Assembly (NCBI RefSeq): GCF_041886205.1
Contig: NZ_CP169029.1
Reading direction: 5' to 3' (one strand)
Length of the DNA: 64,000 nt
From: Escherichia coli
Lineage (GTDB): Bacteria; Pseudomonadota; Gammaproteobacteria; Enterobacterales; Enterobacteriaceae
The translations under genes and the position numbers were made by a program. How positions within the stretch are numbered: position 1 is the first letter of the stretch; each line of letters begins with the position of its first letter. Under the pieces are notes generated by a model. It had not been told where the DNA came from, made no database searches, and worked only from the letters and a program-made list of their open reading frames with translations. Shown here one piece after another: positions 24,871-33,672 of this stretch.

Positions 24871-25389
24871 ATGACGATTCTTGAAGAAATGGAAGCAGAA
24901 GCATGGCATATCCTAACAACCATCTATACGTATCAGCGGTTGATGGAAGGCCTTACTAATAGCAGTACAAGATATGAGCTTGCCAATCAGTTGGTAGCCC
25001 TCAATGCATTGTTGGAAATGTTGGTGATCCGTTTAGCGCGTCTTGCGGATAAAAGGAAAGATGTGAGATCTGTATCAATGTTTTTGAAACGCGGCTCGTA
25101 TTCTGCTTCACCAGAGGCTGTGAAATTGGCAGCTGAAAAGTTCCTTGCACTCACAGAACCAGTATTAAAGATTAGGCATGAGCAGATTGCACATATGAAG
25201 CCCGGCACACTCAGTAGCTTCGAGCCTCGAGAACTTCCAAATGAAGCTCTGAGAGCAACTGAGGCTCTAATCGATCTCATTGACATTGCCAGAGGTCACC
25301 CTCAGTCTTACACATACCGAGTTGGCTCACAGGAGCCTGCCATTAATTTGAGAGCTTCAGTAGAGACTAGCGAACTAGTTAAAATCTAA
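24871..25389 (+). CDS. Hypothetical protein, 172 aa, possible HEPN-like R-x5-H motif
   Basis: ORF in AT-rich DNA; contains KIRHEQIAHMK; no family recognised; convergent with the 459-aa gene. Confidence 0.5.
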   Translation: MTILEEMEAEAWHILTTIYTYQRLMEGLTNSSTRYELANQLVALNALLEMLVIRLARLADKRKDVRSVSMFLKRGSYSASPEAVKLAAEKFLALTEPVLKIRHEQIAHMKPGTLSSFEPRELPNEALRATEALIDLIDIARGHPQSYTYRVGSQEPAINLRASVETSELVKI

Positions 25390-25411
25390 TAATTCACTCA
25401 AGTCTATGCTA

Positions 25412-25439
25412 CTTTGCCGAGTTGCTTTACTCGGCAAAG
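25412..25439. terminator. Hairpin between convergent genes (bidirectional terminator candidate)
   Basis: Perfect 11-bp stem CTTTGCCGAGT / ACTCGGCAAAG with 6-nt loop. Confidence 0.5.
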
Positions 25440-25525
25440 TAATTAGCTCCCCGTTAATAACAGATCCGGCAGCCCCTCAACCTTTTTGCTTAAGTGAATA
25501 TATTTTCACAATATTTCCTACTGCT

Positions 25526-26905
25526 TCAGTCATAAAATTTATTTTTGCCTTTTGACGTCATGAGAAGGAAATATGAAGGGTGACTCTTTATTTCTGAAGA
25601 GTGGCTTGTTATACTAAAAACCTCTTTTAGAATCGTAAAGGCTCCTGTAGCCAACGACACTGGATTTGGTGCCCCAATAAAACCTATCAATGATGGCGCA
25701 ATGTTAAGAAAAAGTTCTTTATTACTTTTCCGCTTATAGGTCTGTATTTTTTGCTCAATATCGGTCAATCCTTCATCCCATATGCGCTCGACAAAATGCT
25801 GATTTATCAGCTGCCTCTTATATGGGTCACTTTCTGCTTCTATGTCATACGCAGCTTCACGTAGCACAGAGCGGAAGGCATTAAAACTCGATTCGTAGTC
25901 AGTTCTAATTTTGTAGAGTTCACTTGGAGTAAGCCCCTCTAGAAATGGAACGTCAATAGAGAGTTTAACCCTCTGAACTTCATTCCTTTGATCCAGTTTA
26001 CGAAGAATTTCTCCATGAAATGGGCAATATGCGCCCAGGGACGCTCTGCATGAATGCGCTTGGTTAAGATCAGTAATAAGGTTTTTATAATGAAAGAGAA
26101 CTGTACGATTTTTTGCTCCCTGCACCCACCGTTCATAACTTTTTTTTCCGCTATGCTTTCCCATGACAATTTCCATAGACATGGTACCATCATCATTATC
26201 AATGGCATTATTTATATGTTGATACATATATCCATTTGTATACGAGCTTTCGCAGCCTTTAATTTTCAACATAATTTCATTCGTTAAAACATTTCTGTTT
26301 AACAACCGAATTTTATTTGTGTTGCCCAGACGTTCTATATTCTGTACGGATAGTCTACTTTCATACAGACGGGCAATATTAGGGGGGAGATATCGAAATA
26401 GGAAATTAGTATCAGAGTTATCTTCTAAAATTCCATTAGCTCTCTCCGAATCTTTAATAGAGGATTCTCTTCGTACAAAAACGATAAACTCTCCACGGAT
26501 AAGATCAAAGTTTTCTTTAGCAAACCTGATAAACCTAGCAATTTCCTTCCTGAGATGTTCAACCTTCTCTTTGCTATCGCTTTCAATAAATTTTTCAACT
26601 ACGTTTTCTGATAGATTTACCCTGTATCGTAGGCTCAATGAATATAGAACGTCATCAAGAATGACTCTGTCCATTGAAAACAAACCACTCTTATACCTTT
26701 CAATATTACGATTCCCCGCCATGTAAACATTCAGCCGGGACTCCTGTACAGAATTTGTTTGTTCGATAATGAATGAATCTATCCTTTTATTATATTCAGC
26801 TAATTCAACTAGCAATTCGTTCAATCCGATATTTTCATATTCCTGTTCTAAAAGTCGATCAACCCAAAAAAGGCTTTCTGTGAGCGCATAGAGGTTGTTG
26901 TACAT
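25526..26905 (-). CDS. Hypothetical protein, 459 aa, no recognisable domain
   Basis: Long uninterrupted ORF in visibly AT-rich DNA, Lys/Glu/Asn-rich, no TM segments; sits between the GTPase and the type I RM operon. Confidence 0.6.
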   Translation of the reverse strand: MYNNLYALTESLFWVDRLLEQEYENIGLNELLVELAEYNKRIDSFIIEQTNSVQESRLNVYMAGNRNIERYKSGLFSMDRVILDDVLYSLSLRYRVNLSENVVEKFIESDSKEKVEHLRKEIARFIRFAKENFDLIRGEFIVFVRRESSIKDSERANGILEDNSDTNFLFRYLPPNIARLYESRLSVQNIERLGNTNKIRLLNRNVLTNEIMLKIKGCESSYTNGYMYQHINNAIDNDDGTMSMEIVMGKHSGKKSYERWVQGAKNRTVLFHYKNLITDLNQAHSCRASLGAYCPFHGEILRKLDQRNEVQRVKLSIDVPFLEGLTPSELYKIRTDYESSFNAFRSVLREAAYDIEAESDPYKRQLINQHFVERIWDEGLTDIEQKIQTYKRKSNKELFLNIAPSLIGFIGAPNPVSLATGAFTILKEVFSITSHSSEIKSHPSYFLLMTSKGKNKFYD

Positions 26906-27857
26906 ACTAGCTCCTTTTTACCAAGCTTCAGTACTGTGTTCTCAAGATTACTCAGTGGTTTTCACACAGAGTGCACTCTCATTTTACATTTAAATGTACT
27001 TCCTAGCATCCTGCTGTTAGTGCCGGATTACAGCACTTATCAACTGTATATTTAGAAAACAAACTGCGCATAATCCTAGTGAGTTGTTATGTCCGCTCCT
27101 CGCTCAAAGCAGACCATTCGCTCAGTTAACGCATCAGTGTCGTGCTAAAAGTAGACGTGGTTAACAACAATGTGAGTTAATCAACGGAGAGCAGGTCAAC
27201 TCTAACCTGTATCAAAAAAACAAATGTGTCACAAAGATGCCGCATGCCTTAATTTGAGTATAATTGAGACGGAAGTAGACGGTTTATGGCTAAATATTGT
27301 TGATATATAGCTATTTGAAGAGTTGTAGCGCAAGTGTATAGCCCAAACTAATAACGCTACCCCTTACCTTTGACGCCTCTTATCAAAGAGCTGCGATGAT
27401 GCACAGCCCGCACGAGGCAATATTCGCACAAGAATCAGGTTCAGAAATAACCTGCTCTGGCATGGTGGGGAGAGTATCACTGATCAGGCTTTCGTTAAGA
27501 TGCGGCGGGATGAGGCCGTGTTGCGTGAGTTGCAGCAGTACAAGATCGCCCGCAGAGGGTAAGCTACAGCGCGAGATCCTAGGTTTCTATCAGGGATTCG
27601 GCAAAGCGGGCGCAGTTGTCGACCAAGGCGGTGAAATCTATAGTGGCATTATAAGGGAACGAACAATAGATCGAGTAAATCGCAGTCAGGGACAAGGATT
27701 GTAGTCTATAGAGAAGTCTCCTGTAACGGTTTTCAGGAGGCTAATTCCGACGCCTGATTTTGCAGGCGCGGAGGGAGAGGATACTGCGACCATTAATCCG
27801 CCACAAAGCATTTACGTGCATAAATCACGCAGTCAGATCCGACTCTCACTGTAGTTC

Positions 27858-28094
27858 TTGAACCTGATACCACATTTAGCTAATTTAGCTAACTTATCCA
27901 GTATACCAGTGGTTGCCATGAATATGAATGAAGACGAGATTTATCGTCATATCCGGCAGGCACTTTCCAGTGCGCCGCGTAACCAGTACACCGTCGAGCT
28001 GCACCTGCAAATGATTAAATATGCCGACGAACTGGAACACATTACGGCAAAAGCCTTTTGCGAAGGCACCGGTCTGAATACCGATCTGCTGTAA
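27858..28094 (+). CDS. Small hypothetical ORF upstream of hsdM
   Basis: 78-aa ORF (possible internal start MNMNEDEIYRHIRQ...) ending 40 bp before hsdM; no family recognised. Confidence 0.25.
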   Translation: MNLIPHLANLANLSSIPVVAMNMNEDEIYRHIRQALSSAPRNQYTVELHLQMIKYADELEHITAKAFCEGTGLNTDLL

Positions 28095-28133
28095 CCGACT
28101 TACGGCACATTATCGCGCAAAACGAGATATTTA

Positions 28134-30572
28134 ATGGCTATCAAAAAAACCGAACTCTATTCTTCCCTGTGGGCAAGCTGCGACGAACTGCGTGGCGGGA
28201 TGGACGCCAGCCAGTACAAAGACTATGTACTGACCCTGCTGTTTATGAAGTACGTTTCCGATAAGTATAAAGGCGATCCTTACGGGATGATCGTGATACC
28301 CAAAGGAGCCAGCTTTGACGATATGGTTGCGCTGAAAAATGACAAAGAGATCGGCGATAAAATCAACAAAATCATCCACAAGCTGGCGGAAGAGAACGGC
28401 CTGAAGGGCGTCATCGACGAAGCCGACTTTAACGACGAAGATAAACTCGGCAAAGGCAAGGAAATGATTGACCGCCTGAGCAAGCTTGTCGGTATCTTTG
28501 AAGGGTTAGATCTCTCCAGCAACCGGGTCGAAGGCGACGATCTGCTGGGCGATGCCTATGAATATCTGATGCGTCACTTCGCAACCGAATCCGGCAAGAG
28601 TAAAGGACAGTTTTACACTCCGGCGGAGGTGTCACGTATTCTGGCAAAGGTGATTGGTATTACTCCCGATACGCCGCGAGATGCAACGGTTTATGACCCA
28701 ACCTGTGGCTCTGGTTCGCTGCTGTTGAAAGTGAATGATGAAGCCCGGCGCGGACTGTCGATTTTCGGCCAAGAGATGGATAACGCTACCAGTGCGCTGG
28801 CGCGGATGAACATGATTCTGCATAACAATGCCACCGCGAAAATCTGGCAGGGCAATACGCTGAGTGATCCGCAGTGGAAAGAGGCGAACGGCAAACTGAA
28901 AGCCTTCGATTTTGCCGTGGCGAACCCGCCTTTTTCCAATAAAAACTGGACCAACGGGCTGACGCCGAAAAAAGATCCGTTTGAACGCTTCGGCTGGGGT
29001 ATTCCGCCGGAAAAAAACGGCGATTATGCTTTTTTGTTGCATATCATTAAAAGCCTGAAAAGTACCGGCAAAGGCGCGGTGATCCTGCCCCACGGCGTAC
29101 TGTTTCGCGGTAACGCCGAAGCGAATATCCGTGAAAACCTAATCAAGCAGGGCTATATCAAAGGCGTTATTGGTTTGCCAGCCAACCTGTTTTACGGCAC
29201 CGGCATCCCGGCGTGCATCATTGTGATTGATAAAGAGCACGCCCACAGCCGCAAAGGCATTTTTATGATCGACGCCAGTCGGGGCTTTATCAAAGATGGC
29301 AACAAGAACCGCCTGCGTAGCCAAGATATTCACCGTATTGTGGACGTGTTCAACCATCAGCGAACGGTGCCAGGCTACAGCCGGATGGTGCCCTCCAGCG
29401 AGATCGCCGGGAATGATTACAACCTGAATATTCCTCGTTATATCGAGAGTGGAGAGCCGGAAGATTTGCACGATCTGACCGCGCACTTACAGGGCGGTAT
29501 TCCAGTGCGCGATGTAGATGCTTTGAAGGATTACTGGCGGGTATTCCCTGCCCTGCGTAATGTGCTGTTTGCTGACGACCACCCCGGTTACTGCCGGGCG
29601 CAAGTGGACGCGCAGCAGGTGAAACCGACCATTCTGGCTCATCAGGAGTTTAAGGATTTTGCCACCCGCAGCCTGCTACCGTTTAAGTCGTGGGTAAAAG
29701 AGGCAGGTCTGGAAGAGATCCGCAAAGGAGATAAACCCAAAGCGCTAATCCACGATATCAGCGAAATGCTATTGGCGCAGTACGCCAACAGTGAGTTGCT
29801 GAACAAATACAGCGTGTACCAGATCCTGATGGATTACTGGGCTGATGTCATGCAGGACGATGTGTATGTGATTATGCAGGATGGCTGGAAAGCCGCCGCG
29901 CAAATCCGCGAGCTTCAGCCGGTGAAAGGCAAAGATGGCAAAAACATCTGGAAAGAAACGCACGATTTCGAGTTTACCAAACGGCGCTACAAGGCCGATG
30001 TGCTGCCCCGTTCGCTGGTGGAAATTCGCTGTTTCCCGGAACTGCTGGATGCGCTGAACCGCGCGCAGGAGCGCAGTGAAGAAGCCAGTCGTCAGCTAGT
30101 GGAATTCATCGAGGAGCAGGCAGGGGAAGAGGATCTGCTGGCTGAGGTGAAAAACGATAAAGATAAGGTGACGCAAAAGCTGGTGAATGCCCGTCTGGCA
30201 CAGTTGAAGCCCCCCCCTGCCGACCCGGATGAGCTGGCAGTGCTGAACCGCTGTCTGGCGCTGATTAAGGCCGAGGCCAGTGCGAAAAAAGCGCTGAAAG
30301 CCGCACAGGAAGCGTTGGATCGAGCGGTATTTAAACATTATCCCACGCTGGATGAAGCAGCGATTAAAACGCTGGTAGTGCAGGATAAGTGGCTGGCAAC
30401 GTTGCAGGCAGGGATCAAAGCGGAGATAGAGCGTATTACCCAGCAACTGGCGTCGCGCGTAAAGGAGCTGGAAGAGCGTTATGCTGAACCGTTGCCAGCA
30501 CTTGAAGCCGCCGTTGAGGCGTTGAGCGAGAAAGTGGCCGGGCATTTGCGGGCGATGGGGCTGGAGTGGTGA
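28134..30572 (+). CDS. hsdM: Type I restriction-modification system methyltransferase subunit M with long C-terminal extension
   Basis: 812 aa; HsdM N-terminal domain (MAIKKTELYSSLWASCDELRGGMD), AdoMet motif VYDPTCGSGSLL, catalytic NPPF (FDFAVANPPFSNKNW); about 300-aa Ala/Glu/Lys-rich helical tail. Confidence 0.9.
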   Translation: MAIKKTELYSSLWASCDELRGGMDASQYKDYVLTLLFMKYVSDKYKGDPYGMIVIPKGASFDDMVALKNDKEIGDKINKIIHKLAEENGLKGVIDEADFNDEDKLGKGKEMIDRLSKLVGIFEGLDLSSNRVEGDDLLGDAYEYLMRHFATESGKSKGQFYTPAEVSRILAKVIGITPDTPRDATVYDPTCGSGSLLLKVNDEARRGLSIFGQEMDNATSALARMNMILHNNATAKIWQGNTLSDPQWKEANGKLKAFDFAVANPPFSNKNWTNGLTPKKDPFERFGWGIPPEKNGDYAFLLHIIKSLKSTGKGAVILPHGVLFRGNAEANIRENLIKQGYIKGVIGLPANLFYGTGIPACIIVIDKEHAHSRKGIFMIDASRGFIKDGNKNRLRSQDIHRIVDVFNHQRTVPGYSRMVPSSEIAGNDYNLNIPRYIESGEPEDLHDLTAHLQGGIPVRDVDALKDYWRVFPALRNVLFADDHPGYCRAQVDAQQVKPTILAHQEFKDFATRSLLPFKSWVKEAGLEEIRKGDKPKALIHDISEMLLAQYANSELLNKYSVYQILMDYWADVMQDDVYVIMQDGWKAAAQIRELQPVKGKDGKNIWKETHDFEFTKRRYKADVLPRSLVEIRCFPELLDALNRAQERSEEASRQLVEFIEEQAGEEDLLAEVKNDKDKVTQKLVNARLAQLKPPPADPDELAVLNRCLALIKAEASAKKALKAAQEALDRAVFKHYPTLDEAAIKTLVVQDKWLATLQAGIKAEIERITQQLASRVKELEERYAEPLPALEAAVEALSEKVAGHLRAMGLEW

Positions 30573-31921
30573 TGGTGGATTTAATGGTGAATGAGCAACG
30601 GTCGGGTACGGCGGGGAAAGATGTGCCTGCGGGGTATAAGCTGACTGAGGTGGGGGTGATTCCTGAGGATTGGGTAGTAATCTCTATTGATGACTGTACA
30701 ACCAAAGTTGGTAGTGGAAAAACACCAACTGGTGGAGCATCTGTTTATATTGATAGCGGACGCCCTTTTGTCCGTAGCCAAAATGTTGATTGGGGAAGAT
30801 TAGATCTCGCCGATGTCGTACATATTACAGATGAAACCCATAACACATTCTCTGGTTCTGAAATTCAGCAAGATGATGTTTTACTCAACATAACGGGAGC
30901 ATCTATCGGCCGATGCGCTAAAGCTGATTTTAGGGTTATAGGTGGTAATGTTAACCAACATGTTTGCATCATCAGAACAGAGGCAAAAAAACTCTCCCCA
31001 TCCTTACTGGTTGAATTAATCAATTCAAATTATGGACAAAACCAGATTGATAGTTATCAAGCCGGAGGAAACAGAGAAGGACTGAATTTTTCTCAAGTTA
31101 AAAATCTTAAGTTTGCTATTACACCAAACTCCTTTGAACAAACGGAAATTGTCAGAACATTAAATGATATTAATGCATTTACTCTCGCTCTGGAAAACTT
31201 AATTGCTAAAAAACAGGCCATAAAAGCCGCTGCTATGCAACAACTACTTACCGGTAAAACCCGTTTGCCACAGTTTGCGTTGCGCAAAGATGGCTCTGCT
31301 AAGGGATATAAAAAGAGCGAGTTGGGGGAGATTCCTGAAGATTGGAATTGTATTAATCTTGGTGAGCTAGGTAATTGCATTATTGGGTTAACTTACAAAC
31401 CTGAAGATACATCTGATTATGGTACATTGGTATTACGCTCATCCAACATTCAAAATAATCACTTAGCTTATGATGATAACGTCTTCGTCAGCATAGAACC
31501 ACCTGAGCGCACAATTGTGAAAGAAGGTGATATCTTGGTATGTGTAAGAAATGGCAGTCGCCAACTTATTGGCAAATGCGCATTAATTGACAAAAATGCG
31601 CAGGGCTCAGCATTCGGTGCATTTATGTCAGTATTCCGAACTGATATATATGGATTTACATTTCACCAATTCCAGTCTGATATTATTCAAAAGCAAATCG
31701 CTGAAGTTATGGGTGCCACTATCAATCAGATAACTAACAAAGATATGTTGGGCTTTAAAATCCCATTACCTGAAAATACAGAAGAACAAGCCGCCATCGC
31801 CGCCATCCTCTCCGATATGGACAAGGAAATCCAGATCCTGCAACAGCGTCTGGACAAAACCCGCCAGCTTAAGCAAGGGATGATGCAGGAACTGTTAACC
31901 GGGAAAATCCGCTTAATATAG
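30566..31921 (+). CDS. hsdS: Type I restriction-modification specificity subunit S
   Basis: 451 aa; two target-recognition domains each followed by conserved helical repeats (QAIKAAAMQQLLTGKTRLP and QAAIAAILSDMDKEIQILQQRLDKTRQLKQGMMQELLTGKIRL); start overlaps hsdM stop. Confidence 0.9.
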   Translation: MVMVDLMVNEQRSGTAGKDVPAGYKLTEVGVIPEDWVVISIDDCTTKVGSGKTPTGGASVYIDSGRPFVRSQNVDWGRLDLADVVHITDETHNTFSGSEIQQDDVLLNITGASIGRCAKADFRVIGGNVNQHVCIIRTEAKKLSPSLLVELINSNYGQNQIDSYQAGGNREGLNFSQVKNLKFAITPNSFEQTEIVRTLNDINAFTLALENLIAKKQAIKAAAMQQLLTGKTRLPQFALRKDGSAKGYKKSELGEIPEDWNCINLGELGNCIIGLTYKPEDTSDYGTLVLRSSNIQNNHLAYDDNVFVSIEPPERTIVKEGDILVCVRNGSRQLIGKCALIDKNAQGSAFGAFMSVFRTDIYGFTFHQFQSDIIQKQIAEVMGATINQITNKDMLGFKIPLPENTEEQAAIAAILSDMDKEIQILQQRLDKTRQLKQGMMQELLTGKIRLI

Positions 31922-31933
31922 AAGGGAAAGCAC

Positions 31934-32590
31934 ATGGCTTATGATTACAGCGCCAGCCTCAACCCGCAAAAAGCTCTGATCTGGCGTATCGTCCATCGGG
32001 ACAATATCCCGTGGATTCTGGATAACGGGCTGCACTGCGGCAACAGTCTGGTGCAGGCGGAAAACTGGATCAATATCGGCAACCCGGAGCTGATCGGCAA
32101 GCGTGCCGGGCATCCGGTACCTGTCGGAACGGGCGGGACACTGCATGACTATGTGCCGTTTTATTTTACCCCCTTCTCGCCAATGCTGATGAACATCCAC
32201 AGCGGGCGCGGCGGCATTAAGCAACGCCCCAATGAGGAGATCGTTATTCTGGTCAGCAACTTGCGAAACGTGGCAGCACACGACGTACCCTTCGTGTTTA
32301 CCGACAGCCATGCTTACTATAACTGGACCAACTACTACACCAGTCTGGATAGTCTGGACCAGATCGACTGGCCCATTTTGCAGGCACGGGACTTTCGCCG
32401 CGATCCAGACGATCCGGCTAAATTTGAACGCTATCAGGCAGAGGCGCTAATCTGGCAACACTGCCCGATCTCTCTGCTGGATGGGATAATTTGTTACAGC
32501 GAAGAGGTCAGGTTACAATTAGAACAATGGCTGTTTCAGCGTAATCTAACAATGTCCGTTCACACACGGGCTGGATGGTACTTCTCATGA
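31934..32590 (+). CDS. darT: DarT-like ssDNA ADP-ribosyltransferase toxin (DUF4433)
   Basis: 218 aa; motifs [30 protein letters not shown] and QAEALIW align by eye with DarT family; RBS GAAGGGA upstream; 16-bp overlap with darG. Confidence 0.85.
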
Positions 32591-33654
32591 TCACATATAC
32601 ACAAGGCAATTTACTGGACGCACCGGTGGAAGCTCTGGTGAATACGGTTAATACCGTCGGTGTCATGGGGAAAGGCATCGCGTTGATGTTTAAAGAGCGC
32701 TTCCCCGAAAATATGAAAGTCTATGCCCTCGCCTGCAAACAAAAGCAGGTGATCACCGGCAAAATGTTCATTACCGAAACCGGGGAACTGATGGGACCGC
32801 GCTGGATTGTTAATTTTCCGACCAAACAGCACTGGCGCGCTGATTCCCGCATGGAGTGGATTGAAGATGGCTTGCAGGACTTACGCCGCTTTTTGATTGA
32901 AGAGAACGTGCAGTCCATCGCCATTCCACCACTGGGCGCAGGCAACGGTGGTTTGAACTGGCCGGACGTTCGGGCGCAGATTGAATCTGCCCTTGGCGAC
33001 CTTCAGGACGTTGATATCCTGATTTACCAACCGACTGAAAAATACCAGAACGTTGCCAAAAGCACTGGCGTAAAAAAGCTCACTCCCGCCAGAGCCGCCA
33101 TCGCTGAACTGGTGCGTCGCTACTGGGTATTGGGGATGGAGTGCAGCCTACTGGAAATCCAGAAACTGGCCTGGCTGTTACAACGCGCCATTGAGCAGCA
33201 TCAACAGGACGATATCCTCAAACTGCGGTTTGAAGCTCACTATTATGGCCCCTATGCGCCCAATCTGAACCATCTGCTTAATGCGCTGGACGGCACCTAT
33301 CTTAAAGCCGAGAAACGCATCCCGGACAGCCAACCGCTGGATGTGATCTGGTTTAACGATCAGAAAAAAGAACACGTTAATGCGTATCTGAACAACGAAG
33401 CCAGAGAGTGGCTACCTGCGCTGGAGCAGGTCAGCCAGTTAATTGACGGCTTTGAATCGCCGTTTGGTCTGGAGTTGCTGGCAACCGTAGACTGGTTGCT
33501 GAGCCGTGGCGAATGTCAACCAACGCTGGATTCCGTTAAGGAAGGGCTGCACCAGTGGCCTGCGGGCGAACGCTGGGCCAGCCGTAAGTTGAGGCTGTTT
33601 GATAATAATAATCTGCAATTTGCCATTAACCGCGTAATGGAGTTCCATTGCTGA
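32575..33654 (+). CDS. darG: DarG-like macrodomain antitoxin (ADP-ribosylglycohydrolase)
   Basis: 359 aa; N-terminal macrodomain ([36 protein letters not shown]) plus C-terminal domain; translationally coupled to darT. Confidence 0.85.
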
Positions 33655-33672
33655 GGGTTTAAGGAGCGCCTT

